This document shows positions 31,668 through 42,734 of a stretch of DNA of 64,000 bases, in pieces. The translations under genes were made by a program, and so were the position numbers. The stretch spans positions 1,216,001 through 1,280,000 of the forward strand of contig OZ244651.1 in assembly GCA_965218695.1 (NCBI GenBank), read 5' to 3'. Numbering within the stretch: the first letter of the stretch is position 1; each line of letters opens with the position of its first letter. The stretch is from Nitrosopumilus sp. (GTDB lineage: Archaea > Thermoproteota > Nitrososphaeria > Nitrososphaerales > Nitrosopumilaceae). The notes beneath the pieces were generated by a model, which ran no database searches, had not been told where the DNA came from, and was given only the letters and a program-made list of their open reading frames with translations.

Positions 31668-32717
31668 ATGCTAAACCAGACCGATACTCAGAGGTATTCC
31701 CGTCAGATCATGCTAGACGAGATAGGGTATGAGGGGCAGATCAAGCTAAAGCATTCCACGGCGACAGTCGTGGGCGCAGGCGGCCTTGGCACCCCCATAC
31801 TGCAGAGGCTGGTCTCCATGGGCGTGGGGAATATCCGTGTGGTGGACAGGGATACGATAGACCTGACAAACCTGCACAGGCAGATATTGTATCGGGATGA
31901 GGACGTGGGGGAGCCAAAAGTCGAGGTGGCAGCCAAGCGGCTGCGTGAGATGAATGCCTCCTGCAAGGTTCAGGCCATACCGGCATCCGTGAACCATACC
32001 TCCGCACCCAGCATAGTGGAGGGGTCTGATGTGGTTATAGACGCACTTGATTCCGTATCCGCACGTTACGCCCTGAATGTGGCATGTGTGGATCAGTCCG
32101 TTCCGTTTGTCACGGGCGGCGCCGTCGGGGTCTCCGGGCAGGTATTCAGCGTGATGCCGGACTCTGCGTGCTACAACTGCGTGTTTCCGGGGCTCTCAGA
32201 CGAGATGGTGCCCTCGTGTGGTATCGAGGGGGTGCATCCGGCGATACTGGGCATGATAAGCAGCATTGAGGTGGCAGAGGCAATATCGGTAATGACTGGG
32301 AATCCCCCTGCGTTGCGCAACAGAATACTGCACGTGGATATGTCATCGATGGCATTTACCCACACCGGTGTGGAGCGTGTGCAGGAATGCGGCGTATGTG
32401 GGAATAAAAGGCACAGGGCAGATTCCGTTGAAGCAGTCTCAGTAGAGGAACTGTGCGGCCGTGATATGGGCAAGCGAACGTATGCAGTGACGCCGCCCCA
32501 TGCCATCAAGCTGAGCGACGTACTTGCCGGCGTGGAGCCGCCTGCCATGATACAATCCCAAAGCGAGATGGGAGCCACCATACTGTTCGGCTCTGCCACA
32601 ATACAGATCATGGAAGGCGGGTCTGCAATAGTCGTGGGCGCAAAGGACGAGGAGGATGTCCGGTCCACATACTCCCAGGTGGTGCAGAATGTCCGCCTGT
32701 TGACAAATGATTCATAG
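31668..32717 (+). CDS. MoeB/ThiF (E1-like) adenylyltransferase
   Basis: RYSRQI, GAGGLG, DLTNLHRQ, CYNC, CGVCG. Confidence 0.92.
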   Translation: MLNQTDTQRYSRQIMLDEIGYEGQIKLKHSTATVVGAGGLGTPILQRLVSMGVGNIRVVDRDTIDLTNLHRQILYRDEDVGEPKVEVAAKRLREMNASCKVQAIPASVNHTSAPSIVEGSDVVIDALDSVSARYALNVACVDQSVPFVTGGAVGVSGQVFSVMPDSACYNCVFPGLSDEMVPSCGIEGVHPAILGMISSIEVAEAISVMTGNPPALRNRILHVDMSSMAFTHTGVERVQECGVCGNKRHRADSVEAVSVEELCGRDMGKRTYAVTPPHAIKLSDVLAGVEPPAMIQSQSEMGATILFGSATIQIMEGGSAIVVGAKDEEDVRSTYSQVVQNVRLLTNDS

Positions 32718-32787
32718 GGATTCAAATCCGACAAGTATCATCCGGAGATTGGGCAGGCAGAGATAAGAGGCGATGCCGGGCTGCATG

Positions 32788-34164
32788 CTAATCCGGTTCC
32801 GGGTGGATGGTTATTACGGAGTTTTTGATCTCCGTCCTTATCACGCGCTCAATCTCCGTTGTGATGTCGTGTACTCTCTCGATCGACAACCCCCCGTCAA
32901 AGGAGCAGTCTATGTCTATCCTGAGGATTCCCCCGAACTTGAGCGATACGATCCTGCCTATTCCTGTTACCTGGGGGTATCCTTCCAGAATGGCCCTGAT
33001 CTGCTCCTCGGTTCCTTTGTCCTCCAAGTTGAAGTCCTCGGGTACCTTCACAAACGGCTCAAGGTGGATGGTCGCGTGTCTGATCTCCGGTACGATCCGA
33101 CAGATGTCCTCCTCGACAATCTCCGATATCCTGTGCGCATCTGAGAGGCTGATCCTGCTGTCAACCATTACGTGCAGGTCGGAGAATATTCCCTGGCCTG
33201 TCCTGTATGTGCTGATGTTGTGCACCCCCATCACCCCGTCCACGCTGCCTGCGACATCAAGAATCTTTGCGTCCATGGGCACCCCGCTCCAGTTTGGCTC
33301 AAAATGGACTGTTATGGAGGCAGCCGGTATCCTCTCCTTTACGTTCCTCTCCACGCTGCTGCTTATCTCGTGGGCCCTCTCAAAGCTTGTATCGCCCCTC
33401 AGTGATACGGTAATGTCGGCAAATATCGCATCCCCTGATCTTCTCATGAGCACCTGGCCCACGCTGACTACCCCGTCTGTCCCTGAGGCGATCCTTCTGG
33501 CATCCCCTACCATCTCCGGCGAGATTGCATCAGTCAGCTCCATTGCAGTCCTGTGGATCAGCTTTATGCTCAGTGCTGCCAGCAGGCCGCCCAGGATGAG
33601 TGCTGCCACAAAGTCTCCCTGGTACAGCCCGTATGACACCAAGACTATTCCGACTATTGCGATTATGGTGGAGCCAAGATCCATGACTGCGTGGTAGTAG
33701 TCTGCCTTGACAGTCGAACCTCCGGTCTCCCTGATGGATCGTCTGAGCAGGAATATTCGAAACAGGTCGATCCCAATCGTGTATACCCCGGCAGCTACTG
33801 CAAGGATGCCCGGCAGGATCTCCGGAGGGGGGCGCTGCAGACGGCTGAGTGACTCGTATATGAAGAAGCAGGCTATCAGGAGTATGGCTATTCCGCCAAA
33901 CAGCCCCCCGAGCGACTCTATCTTTCCATGCCCGTAGGTGTGCTCGGCATCGGGAGGCCTGAGTGCCATCTTTGCGGCAAGAAGCAGTATTACCGTGACC
34001 ACGGCGTCAAGCAGCGCGTGGACGCTGTCTACTATGAATGCCAGGCTGTTGGATACCAGGCCAAGAACCAGTTCCACCAGGAACGCCGAGAATATGGCCA
34101 GAAACGAGATTTGCAGAACCCTGATTCTTTTGGCAGACATCTGTGTTTCAAGGTCATAAGACAT
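32788..34164 (-). CDS. Cation diffusion facilitator with three C-terminal dimerisation domains
   Basis: DSVHALLD, HTYGHGKIE, ADYYHAVMD; three repeats ending HFEP/HLEP/HPEP; start 34164 or 34140. Confidence 0.9.
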   Translation of the reverse strand: MSYDLETQMSAKRIRVLQISFLAIFSAFLVELVLGLVSNSLAFIVDSVHALLDAVVTVILLLAAKMALRPPDAEHTYGHGKIESLGGLFGGIAILLIACFFIYESLSRLQRPPPEILPGILAVAAGVYTIGIDLFRIFLLRRSIRETGGSTVKADYYHAVMDLGSTIIAIVGIVLVSYGLYQGDFVAALILGGLLAALSIKLIHRTAMELTDAISPEMVGDARRIASGTDGVVSVGQVLMRRSGDAIFADITVSLRGDTSFERAHEISSSVERNVKERIPAASITVHFEPNWSGVPMDAKILDVAGSVDGVMGVHNISTYRTGQGIFSDLHVMVDSRISLSDAHRISEIVEEDICRIVPEIRHATIHLEPFVKVPEDFNLEDKGTEEQIRAILEGYPQVTGIGRIVSLKFGGILRIDIDCSFDGGLSIERVHDITTEIERVIRTEIKNSVITIHPEPD

Positions 34165-34322
34165 ATTTGAGAATTCCAGGATCCGTGCTGCCTGATTCTG
34201 TGATTTTTCCGAGGCCCTGGCATGTCCCCTGCATTTGCATGATTCGGGCCTCCGGCGGGGATGATGCACGCGTGCCCCAAATTTACGATACTATTATTTG
34301 TGGTGTAGTGTAAATCGAACCC

Positions 34323-37300
34323 GTGTGGGCGTACCTTGCGATTCTGTTACTTGTGCCGTTTGTTGCAGACGCATATGCGGATTCAAATTCATACCTGTCC
34401 GTCTCTGCTGAGAACCCCGCATTTGACAATCATTTTGCCGGATCCATGGTGGTGGAGGTGGTCGTGTCTGATCCAAATCTGCATGAAACCAGTGAGCCTG
34501 AGGGGGTTCCCAACGTGACTGTCAACGGCGACAGGCTGCAGATGGTGCAGGCATCCAACGGGGCCTGGTATGCGTACTTTGCGGATGTTGATGCGGCTAT
34601 TGCGGCAGACGGAACGACGTCTGACGGCAATGGACTGGACTTTGGGGTGCTCTGCAGTAGTTCCACTGACAGCGAAGTGTTTGGGGCATCCTTTTCTGAC
34701 TCTGAAGGATTCTTTGTGCCCAGTTCTGACGGACTTGACTCTACAACCGGCTCCATCACGTCTAGGTGCACCGGAGATCCAACCGATTCCAATGATGTTA
34801 ACGTGGTGCGCAGGCCTCCTGCATTAAACCAGAATGATGATGTTTTACCCGGCCAGATTGGCCTGAAACCCGAGGCATGGCCTGTCATACAGCTGTTCTC
34901 ATTTTCAAAAGATGTAACCATACGGTATGAGCCGGCAGGAAGCCCGCAGCAGGTGGTTCTGCGGTATGACGAGATTCCCGGCATCACGGCCGAGGTTGAC
35001 AGGGAGATACATCCTGCAGGCTCCGAGGTGTTTGTATTCGTGTCTGACATCCAGCTGAATCAGGATCCTACCGACTGGGACTCGTGGACGTTCCAGACCG
35101 ACTCGCCTGCAAAGGTGTTCTATCATGCCTTTGACCGGAGGGGCAACAGTGCTACCAACAACAACAACGACCCGACAGACCTCTATCCGTTCCTGGGAAG
35201 GCTGGGATTTGAGGACAATGGCTTCATGGAGATTGATCCCGGCAGGATACTGAAATTCAAACCCAACGGGATTCAGCAACCGATCTTTGCATCCTCTGAC
35301 ATCATTACGCTTGTAGAAGACAAGCCCAACTCCGGCATGTTTGTAAATTATGACCGGGACAAGATCTCAAACCTGGGCGTGTCCGATACTGCACCCAGAG
35401 GCCATCCGGGATACATCCAATACAATGACGATACCATCTCTGTGCTGACCGGCTCATCCACTGCATCGCTTTCCACCAAACCTCCGATTACCATAGAGGT
35501 TGGAGAGTCAAGGCCTGGAACCAAGATACCCGTACTTTTGATCGACTCTGATCAGAATCTCAATCCCACTGCCGGTGACGATCTTCTGGTATCTCGGGCA
35601 TCTGCCAGCATTCCCACCATAAGGACAGGCTCGCCGCTGACCCTTGAGAATGCCGGCGATCTCCGGCTGTATGCATCCGGCGACGATCCACTTGGCGGGG
35701 GAGACGCGGCCACATCATCTGTTCCTGATCCGTTCTCTGCCATACTCCACATAGATGCCCCAAACGCCGTACGGACATTTGAAAAGATGTCTGTAAATCT
35801 TGGATTCTCTGCCGGTTCGCTAAGCAACCTGCTGGCCGTATCCGAGGAAGGCTCCGGCTGGATAAACCTTGACCTGAGATCCCTTGAAGAACTGGGCGTT
35901 GATGACTTTTCAAGTACCGGTATCCGTCTGTCATTTGGAAGCCTTTCGGACCCAAACCCCGTAACCGTGGTGAATCCGGGAGATCTGTCATCACCACAAC
36001 AGCTTCTCCTGATTGACCCTTCTGTAATACAACAGATCTCCTCAAGGAGTGGCACCGTCTTTGCCGTCATTGATCTTGGCCCGTCTGCCGGTGGCAGCAT
36101 TGGCAGCGAATCCTCCAGTCAGCCGATAGTTTTGGACTTTTTTTCATTTGGAGTTGTCAGGAACGACGTCATCAGCAATGCCGTGTATAGGATGGAGCTG
36201 GAAGAGGACTGGAATACTCCCGGCAACTTCAGAGGATCCATTGAGTATGTGATTGCAGATCCTGCCGGACTGGGTGCCAAAATTGCAGACAGGATAGTTC
36301 CGACCGGCAGCGACGTGGTGCTTGCCGTATCCGGAAACGACAGGATTGTCATCAACTACTCTGATCTGGCCCTAGTGGAGATCACGATACTGTCCTCGGA
36401 GGTAGGCATACAGACGCACAGCGGGGCAGTCTCCTACTCTCCATCATCCTTGAGGTTTGGCCACCCTGTTACAGTCAGGTTGGTGGATCCTGATCTGAAC
36501 ACATCCAGTGACCGAAGGGACGTATACCGCGTCATTGATGATCCTGCGTCCCCCGGCGTGGACACGGTCGGGTCAAACGGTCACACCCTGTTGGAAGTCA
36601 AGATCAAGAACGTCCGCTACCAGCGTTGCATGGTGGATGGCGTGGAGCATGGAGGACTGGCATCCACCGGATTTGTCCTGTCCGAGACGGGCCCCAGCAC
36701 AGGAGTCTTTGAGGGCTCCTTTGCGATGCCCTCCTGGATCTGCGACAAAACTGGCTCGAAACTGATATCTCCTGGCGGAGGCAGCATCGATCTCATATAC
36801 CATGACTCGCAGGATGCCTCTGGAAACCAAAACATCTTTAGTCTGAATCGGCCGGCATCCACCACCACCCCCACCACCCCCACCACCCCCACCCCCACCA
36901 CCCCTCCGGTTCCCCCCGCACGTCCGGACTCCCCTCCAGTACCCCCCATGCTGAGCCATGACCACGTATCGCTGCAGGATGGAGATTCAGCCTACGAGGT
37001 GGTCATGTCCGGAAGCATCGGAAGCGGCAACGGCGGGGCACCCCTGTCCATAACGGTTACAAATCCTGATATGACAATTGACACCTTTAGAATCCCCACG
37101 GTCGAGAACGGAAACTACCGCTCAGTCATCACCATAACTCCAAACTCACTGCCCGGACAGTACACCATCAGCCTCTCGCATGAGGGCGACGATGATGTTG
37201 GAACCCTGCTGTTTTCCGTAATATCTGACGTGATTCCGGACTGGGTACGAGACGACGCCTTGGGTTGGTCATCCGGAGCCTCATCCAACGACGGGTTTGT

Positions 37301-37487
37301 CAACGGGGTACGACACATGATTGCCATGGGAATCGTTGACGAGCCTGGCACCGGAGCAGCATCAGAGCCTGTTGTTCCTGACTGGGTCAGATACACTGCC
37401 GGGCTGTGGGCAGGCGGCCTGATATCTGACGAGGAGTTTGTACACTCAGTCCAGTACCTGATTAGAAACGGCATAATCCAGATATGA
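34323..37487 (+). CDS. Large secreted surface (S-layer-like) protein
   Basis: Signal peptide, VSAENPAFDNHFAG, repeated D(P/S)D(L/Q)N and ETG..TGVFEG motifs, Pro/Thr linker, two C-terminal (I/V)PDWVR repeats. Confidence 0.8.
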   Translation: MWAYLAILLLVPFVADAYADSNSYLSVSAENPAFDNHFAGSMVVEVVVSDPNLHETSEPEGVPNVTVNGDRLQMVQASNGAWYAYFADVDAAIAADGTTSDGNGLDFGVLCSSSTDSEVFGASFSDSEGFFVPSSDGLDSTTGSITSRCTGDPTDSNDVNVVRRPPALNQNDDVLPGQIGLKPEAWPVIQLFSFSKDVTIRYEPAGSPQQVVLRYDEIPGITAEVDREIHPAGSEVFVFVSDIQLNQDPTDWDSWTFQTDSPAKVFYHAFDRRGNSATNNNNDPTDLYPFLGRLGFEDNGFMEIDPGRILKFKPNGIQQPIFASSDIITLVEDKPNSGMFVNYDRDKISNLGVSDTAPRGHPGYIQYNDDTISVLTGSSTASLSTKPPITIEVGESRPGTKIPVLLIDSDQNLNPTAGDDLLVSRASASIPTIRTGSPLTLENAGDLRLYASGDDPLGGGDAATSSVPDPFSAILHIDAPNAVRTFEKMSVNLGFSAGSLSNLLAVSEEGSGWINLDLRSLEELGVDDFSSTGIRLSFGSLSDPNPVTVVNPGDLSSPQQLLLIDPSVIQQISSRSGTVFAVIDLGPSAGGSIGSESSSQPIVLDFFSFGVVRNDVISNAVYRMELEEDWNTPGNFRGSIEYVIADPAGLGAKIADRIVPTGSDVVLAVSGNDRIVINYSDLALVEITILSSEVGIQTHSGAVSYSPSSLRFGHPVTVRLVDPDLNTSSDRRDVYRVIDDPASPGVDTVGSNGHTLLEVKIKNVRYQRCMVDGVEHGGLASTGFVLSETGPSTGVFEGSFAMPSWICDKTGSKLISPGGGSIDLIYHDSQDASGNQNIFSLNRPASTTTPTTPTTPTPTTPPVPPARPDSPPVPPMLSHDHVSLQDGDSAYEVVMSGSIGSGNGGAPLSITVTNPDMTIDTFRIPTVENGNYRSVITITPNSLPGQYTISLSHEGDDDVGTLLFSVISDVIPDWVRDDALGWSSGASSNDGFVNGVRHMIAMGIVDEPGTGAASEPVVPDWVRYTAGLWAGGLISDEEFVHSVQYLIRNGIIQI

Positions 37488-37638
37488 TCTGTTCCTAGTG
37501 CAGCCAGGTTTTAGGGCACTACGATCAAACTTGTAACGGTATGAACAAATACGTGTCTTGGTCAATTTTCAGGCATGATTTGGGCGTGTACTGGCTTATT
37601 AAATACATAAATAACCTCGCATTGTCAGTAATTCCAAG

Positions 37639-38670
37639 ATGAAGTCAGGCATGTTTCTTACCGTATTGTTAGCTGTGTCAATACTTTCATACGGCATCCC
37701 TGTGGATGTCTTTGCTGACAACCACGACATCCTGCCCTTGACAGTCACTACCGACTCATCTGAGTATGGTTCAGGCGATAGGATTGCAATTAACGGTTCC
37801 ATTAAAGACTATGATCCTGACAGGGATAGAGGCGATGCCATTACCATTCAGATAAGAAATGTCGACACCAATAATCTTGTACATATTGCGCAGCCCGCTC
37901 TGAAATCTGACGGCACCTTCAGACACAACCTTGTTGCACAAGGCGACAAATGGAAGAGCGGCGATTATACAATCTCGGTGAAATTTGGCACCGCACTTAA
38001 CGGTGAGGCGACAATTGCATACACTGCATCAGACACGCCGCCACCTCCACCTCCACGGGTTGTGCCCCCGACGCCACCTCCACCTCCACCCCCACCGGAG
38101 CCACCAGAGGTTACACCCCCACCAACGGTTGCACCACCGCCACCGCCACCGCCACCTGGGGTTGACCCAGAACCACCAGACACAACCGAGCCTCCTCCAC
38201 CACCACCACCACCGGAGAACATCTGCGGAGAAGGCACCCATCTTGTAGATGGGGTCTGTGAAAAGATTCCAGATGATGATAATGGTACCGGCGGATGCCT
38301 GATTGCGACTGCAGCATACGGCACCGAACTTGCACCACAGGTTCAGATCCTGAGGGAGATAAGGGACAATACCGTGATGGGCACTGCCTCTGGCGCATCG
38401 TTCATGGCAGGCTTCAACCAGTTGTACTATTCATTCTCGCCAACCATCGCTGACTTGGAAAGAGAGAATCCAATCTTCCGGGATGCAGTTCGGGCGTTTA
38501 TCACTCCGATGATCTCCACGCTGTCGATCATGACTCTTGCCGACGGCGGCTCTGAGGTCCAAGTGCTGGGACTGGGCATATCTGTGATTGCACTGAATCT
38601 GGCCATGTATATTGCAGCACCTGCGCTGGTAGGGTTTACCATCCACAAGCAGGTAAGATCTAGGCTGTAA
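37639..38670 (+). CDS. CFI-box-CTERM surface protein with poly-proline stalk
   Basis: GGCLIATAAYGTELAPQVQILREIRD..YYSFSP and C-terminal TM; Pro-rich 38035-38213. Confidence 0.9.
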   Translation: MKSGMFLTVLLAVSILSYGIPVDVFADNHDILPLTVTTDSSEYGSGDRIAINGSIKDYDPDRDRGDAITIQIRNVDTNNLVHIAQPALKSDGTFRHNLVAQGDKWKSGDYTISVKFGTALNGEATIAYTASDTPPPPPPRVVPPTPPPPPPPPEPPEVTPPPTVAPPPPPPPPGVDPEPPDTTEPPPPPPPPENICGEGTHLVDGVCEKIPDDDNGTGGCLIATAAYGTELAPQVQILREIRDNTVMGTASGASFMAGFNQLYYSFSPTIADLERENPIFRDAVRAFITPMISTLSIMTLADGGSEVQVLGLGISVIALNLAMYIAAPALVGFTIHKQVRSRL

Positions 38671-38915
38671 AACAGGCAACCTTTTGTGTGAATGATTATT
38701 CTGTATGATGCCTGCCGGCCTTTGTACCGTTTCTGGGAATGCCGTGTTCCACATCCGTGACTGATGGGAGCAGACACGTGGGGAGGGGAGGGGATCGCAT
38801 TGAGCCTGTCCGGAGAGATGCCTGCGCCGCATGCAGATTCATGGTACAGGACTCAGGACATTCCGGGTGGGTGAATGACTCTAGGTTATTATATTCAGGC
38901 AGCTTATTGTATACA

Positions 38916-39239
38916 ATGCATATTGAATATGAGGAATTTGAAACACTTGAGGACATCTTTATGTACATGGCCTCGGTTGCGCCGCCAATGAAGAACACGA
39001 TGCCAATCAACTCGTACAAGGGATACGTCATGTCGTTTATCCCGCTCAGCTCTTCTGCCATGGATACCTATCTGATGATATACGCAAACGGTTCCCTTGA
39101 GCCCGGAATATACGAGTTTTCCGTATCCACGAAATCCTACAAAAAGGTCACCTCAATTGAGCGTGCAGACAAGATCTATTTTGTGTGTCTGACTCCGAAA
39201 CGGAACACGATAGCAGACTCGGCACTGGCCAGTCTATAA
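38916..39239 (+). CDS. Hypothetical protein
   Basis: MHIEYEEFETLEDIF..; AT-rich promoter-like sequence just upstream. Confidence 0.7.
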   Translation: MHIEYEEFETLEDIFMYMASVAPPMKNTMPINSYKGYVMSFIPLSSSAMDTYLMIYANGSLEPGIYEFSVSTKSYKKVTSIERADKIYFVCLTPKRNTIADSALASL

Positions 39240-40814
39240 TTTCTTTGTCTGGATTTTGGGCGCAGATACGGAGAGACTCCTCGCGTACTTGTTGACAATC
39301 TCGTCAGGGGTTCTGCCGTTGAAGAGATCCTTGCACAGGCCCCTGAGATATCTCATTATCGCCCATGTGCCTGCCTTGAGAATACCATACATGAATACCT
39401 TCATTGGGGGCCCGTACGTCTTGTTTCTGAGGATGATTGGAATGATGTCGTTGATCACCCTTAGGTTGTTCTCCCAGCACTTCCAAAACAGCGTAAACTG
39501 TGCCTCGTTGAGGTTTCCAAAGTGCATCGAATTCTTCTCGCTAAAGTCCTGATAGAGCAGCGGGGCGACAAGTCCCCTAAAGCCCATCTCCCTAAAGTCC
39601 CTCATCATGTCTATGGTGTACTGGACGTCGTCCGGAGTCTCGTCAGGCCAGCCTATGATTATGGTGGCTGCCGGAAACCAGTGATTCTTGTTGAGAATGT
39701 TTGCCCCCTCCCTTACAACGCTCCCCCATTCATCAGGAGAAAACGGCCTCGTCTTGACTCCAAGATGCTTCTTTACCATTGCAGGGGAGACTGTCTCTAT
39801 TCCGAGGTTGGTTGCAAGCCATCTTCCCGTCTCATGCTGTCTGTTGATGTGCGAGATATCGTGCATCAGGGTGGGGTCTGCTGCAACTGCCGAAAACGTC
39901 ATGTGGGTGGTTCCGACAAAGTTTGCCCCGAGCGACTTGAGTCCCTTCCACAGGTCAGTTATCGCGTCCCGGTTTGGGATAAAGTCCCTGTTGTCGCATC
40001 CATAAAGCAGCATCTCGTCTGAGTGCAGCCAGATTGAGTCAAATCCGTAATCCAGGTTGATCTTGGCCTCGTGCTGCAGCCTGTCCAGCGGGAGATCCTT
40101 CTTTGATCTCTTGTTTACATCACAAAAGTCGCATCCCCTGCCGCAGCCCCTCATCGCCTCGATGAGCGAATTGATTGTGGGACCCTCGATTATGGGTATG
40201 TTTTCAAGATTTCTTACAAAGCAGTGCATGAGCTCGGGGGCATCGTCCTTTTCCAGATCCTGAAACAGATCCACTGCAAGCTCGTCGGCCTCTCCCACGA
40301 CTACCGTGTCGATCCCGTGGATCTTCATCCTGTCTGACTTTGCAAGCTCCCATGCGCCATTCCCTCCTACCACCACCTTGAAGTCGTACTTTTTCTTCAG
40401 CTGGATGATATCGGCACACATCTTCTTGAACTTCATTGCGACATAGGATAGCTTCTCCGGGGACATCGTGGTGGTAACCGGAGCCATTCCAAGCGGATCC
40501 ATGACGTTGATTCCAAGAACCTTGGTGTCTGGCCCCACTGACTTGTGCAACATCTCGGGGTGTGCCATAAAGACGTCTTCCCTCTTGTATCCTCCCTGAA
40601 GCAGTGAGCTCTCCACCCTTCTCAGTCCCACTTGGGCAACCTTGACCTGACCGGTGACCTTGTCTGTCTCTACTGATGGGCAGAAGACCTTGTCAAAGAC
40701 CCATTCCGGGAGAACCTCGTATGGGCCGCATGCGATAAATCCATACAGAAAGTTTCCGCGATAGTTTGTCATGAGACTACGATCAGCAGTAAGAACGATG
40801 CGTTTTCCAGACAA
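39234..40814 (-). CDS. Radical SAM protein with B12-binding-like N-terminal domain
   Basis: RGCGRGCDFC (CxxxCxxC), VVVGGNGAW, VVVGEAD, IIGWPDET. Confidence 0.9.
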   Translation of the reverse strand: MSGKRIVLTADRSLMTNYRGNFLYGFIACGPYEVLPEWVFDKVFCPSVETDKVTGQVKVAQVGLRRVESSLLQGGYKREDVFMAHPEMLHKSVGPDTKVLGINVMDPLGMAPVTTTMSPEKLSYVAMKFKKMCADIIQLKKKYDFKVVVGGNGAWELAKSDRMKIHGIDTVVVGEADELAVDLFQDLEKDDAPELMHCFVRNLENIPIIEGPTINSLIEAMRGCGRGCDFCDVNKRSKKDLPLDRLQHEAKINLDYGFDSIWLHSDEMLLYGCDNRDFIPNRDAITDLWKGLKSLGANFVGTTHMTFSAVAADPTLMHDISHINRQHETGRWLATNLGIETVSPAMVKKHLGVKTRPFSPDEWGSVVREGANILNKNHWFPAATIIIGWPDETPDDVQYTIDMMRDFREMGFRGLVAPLLYQDFSEKNSMHFGNLNEAQFTLFWKCWENNLRVINDIIPIILRNKTYGPPMKVFMYGILKAGTWAIMRYLRGLCKDLFNGRTPDEIVNKYARSLSVSAPKIQTKKL

Positions 40815-40934
40815 CTATCACAATTCGTTGAAGTATGATATATATCATTTACGAGAATATCCAGAATCCCGGCGGTTCCTTCATCCTGGAATAGGCCATC
40901 TCGCGGTTCAGGCCAGTCTTTGGGGTGCCTGCTG

Positions 40935-41738
40935 TTACGGCGCACCAGTTCCGTCCGCTTGCCTTGTGCCTCTTCTTGCGGCCCTGTTTGCGATGTTTGC
41001 AGCTATCCCGCCTGCTGCAATTCCATTGTCTATGTTTACCACAGACAGCCCTGACGAGCAGCTTTGAAGCATCGAGGCCAGGGCGGCCATCCCCTTCTGG
41101 CCGTATCCGTATCCCACGGAGGTCGGAACCCCGATAACCGGTATGTCCACCATGGATGAGACAAGCGTGGCCAGCGCGCCTTCCATTCCTGCAACCACTA
41201 CGATGCAGTCCACGCCCTCCCTGACCATCTCTTTGAGGACCGGAAAGATTCTCTGGATTCCTGCAACCCCCACGTCGTAGCTTGTGATGCACCTGCACCT
41301 CATCGCCTCGCACATGAGCCTGGACTCCTCTGCAACCCCGATGTCCGAAGTTCCTGCAGTGAGTATTCCGACCTTTCCATTGCCGGGCACTATGGGCCTC
41401 TTGAAGAGCAGCATGGCAGACGAGCTTCTTCCGATGCTTGTCATGACCTTGAGCTCCTCTGCCAGCGCGATGATCCTTGGGCGATCCTCCTTCCTAATCC
41501 TTGACACCAGTACAGAGTCTGTCTTTTCCAGGGTCTTCCTGATGATCTCCTCTGTCTGGTCCGGTTCCTTTGTCTCTGCAAGGATCACCTCCGGGACGCC
41601 CCTCCTGGCCTGTCTGCCTATGTCGATCTTTGCAAACCCCTCGATCTCTTCTATGGAGTGCAGCGAGATCATCCTGCCTGCCTCGTCCACTGATATGTTT
41701 CCTGCCTTGAGCGATTCAAGAATCTCGTACAGATCCAA
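40935..41738 (-). CDS. larB: NPN cofactor biosynthesis carboxylase/hydrolase LarB
   Basis: TAGTSD, DVGVAG, AGMEGAL, VPTSVGYG, VVNIDNG. Confidence 0.93.
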   Translation of the reverse strand: MDLYEILESLKAGNISVDEAGRMISLHSIEEIEGFAKIDIGRQARRGVPEVILAETKEPDQTEEIIRKTLEKTDSVLVSRIRKEDRPRIIALAEELKVMTSIGRSSSAMLLFKRPIVPGNGKVGILTAGTSDIGVAEESRLMCEAMRCRCITSYDVGVAGIQRIFPVLKEMVREGVDCIVVVAGMEGALATLVSSMVDIPVIGVPTSVGYGYGQKGMAALASMLQSCSSGLSVVNIDNGIAAGGIAANIANRAARRGTRQADGTGAP

Positions 41739-41771
41739 CGTTGGTCTTGTCCGGTATTGGTAAAAAAAGGC

Positions 41772-42689
41772 TTAGTCTCCTGCTACCGCCTGGATGGCGT
41801 TCTTGACGCTCCTGACTCCGTTGTCATAGACCTGCCTCTCCTCGTCATTCAGGTCAAGCTCGATAATCTTGTTGATGCCGTCCCTTCCTATTACTGCCGG
41901 CACCCCGATCGTGACATCCGAATGGCCGTACTCTCCGTCAAGGTATGCTGCAACCGGAATTACCTGCCTTGCATCCCTCTTGACAGACTCGATTATGGTT
42001 GCTATGGCGTTTCCAGGGGCGTGCACCGTGGCGCCCTTGAGCGATATGACCTCTGCTGCAACCTGCCTTGTGTCGAGGACCAGGCCGTCCATCTCCTCTT
42101 TTGAGAGTATGTCTGAGAGCGGAATTCCCGACACTGATGAGAACCTTGGCAGGGGAAGCATGTTCTCGCCGTGTTCCCCTATTACCAGCGCCCTTATGGA
42201 GTCACGGGAGTATCCTGTGGCCTCGTGTATGAACTGCTTGAATCTGGACAGGTCAAGCATTCCGCCCATTCCAACCACCCTGCTTCTGTCAAGTCCGGAG
42301 TTCTTGTATGCAATGTACGCCATTGGATCCAAGGGGTTGGTCACCGGGATTATCATGGCATCCTGCGCATGCTTTTTGATCTCGCCCACCACGCTCTTTA
42401 CCACCGATGCGTTAATCTTTAGCAGATCCATTCTTGTCATTCCGGGTTTTCTTCCAGAGCCTGCGACCACGACTACGATGTCTGAGCCCTTCATGTCTGC
42501 AAAGTCGTTGGAGCCTTTTACCTCGACGTCGATTCCCTGCTCTGAGAGCATGTGGTTCAGGTCCATGGCCTCTCCCTGCGGAAGTCCCTTGATTAGATCC
42601 AGTAGCAGGATTTGATCATCCAGACGCCTCAATGCAGAAAACAATGCCGCGTCTCCGCCAACCTTTCCGGAACCAACAATGGTAATCAT
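41772..42689 (-). CDS. mdh: Malate dehydrogenase (LDH-like)
   Basis: [31 protein letters not shown]. Confidence 0.93.
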   Translation of the reverse strand: MITIVGSGKVGGDAALFSALRRLDDQILLLDLIKGLPQGEAMDLNHMLSEQGIDVEVKGSNDFADMKGSDIVVVVAGSGRKPGMTRMDLLKINASVVKSVVGEIKKHAQDAMIIPVTNPLDPMAYIAYKNSGLDRSRVVGMGGMLDLSRFKQFIHEATGYSRDSIRALVIGEHGENMLPLPRFSSVSGIPLSDILSKEEMDGLVLDTRQVAAEVISLKGATVHAPGNAIATIIESVKRDARQVIPVAAYLDGEYGHSDVTIGVPAVIGRDGINKIIELDLNDEERQVYDNGVRSVKNAIQAVAGD

Positions 42690-42734
42690 GGAGTTGCTAT
42701 TCAGGCATACGTAATTAAACTTAATGACATACAT

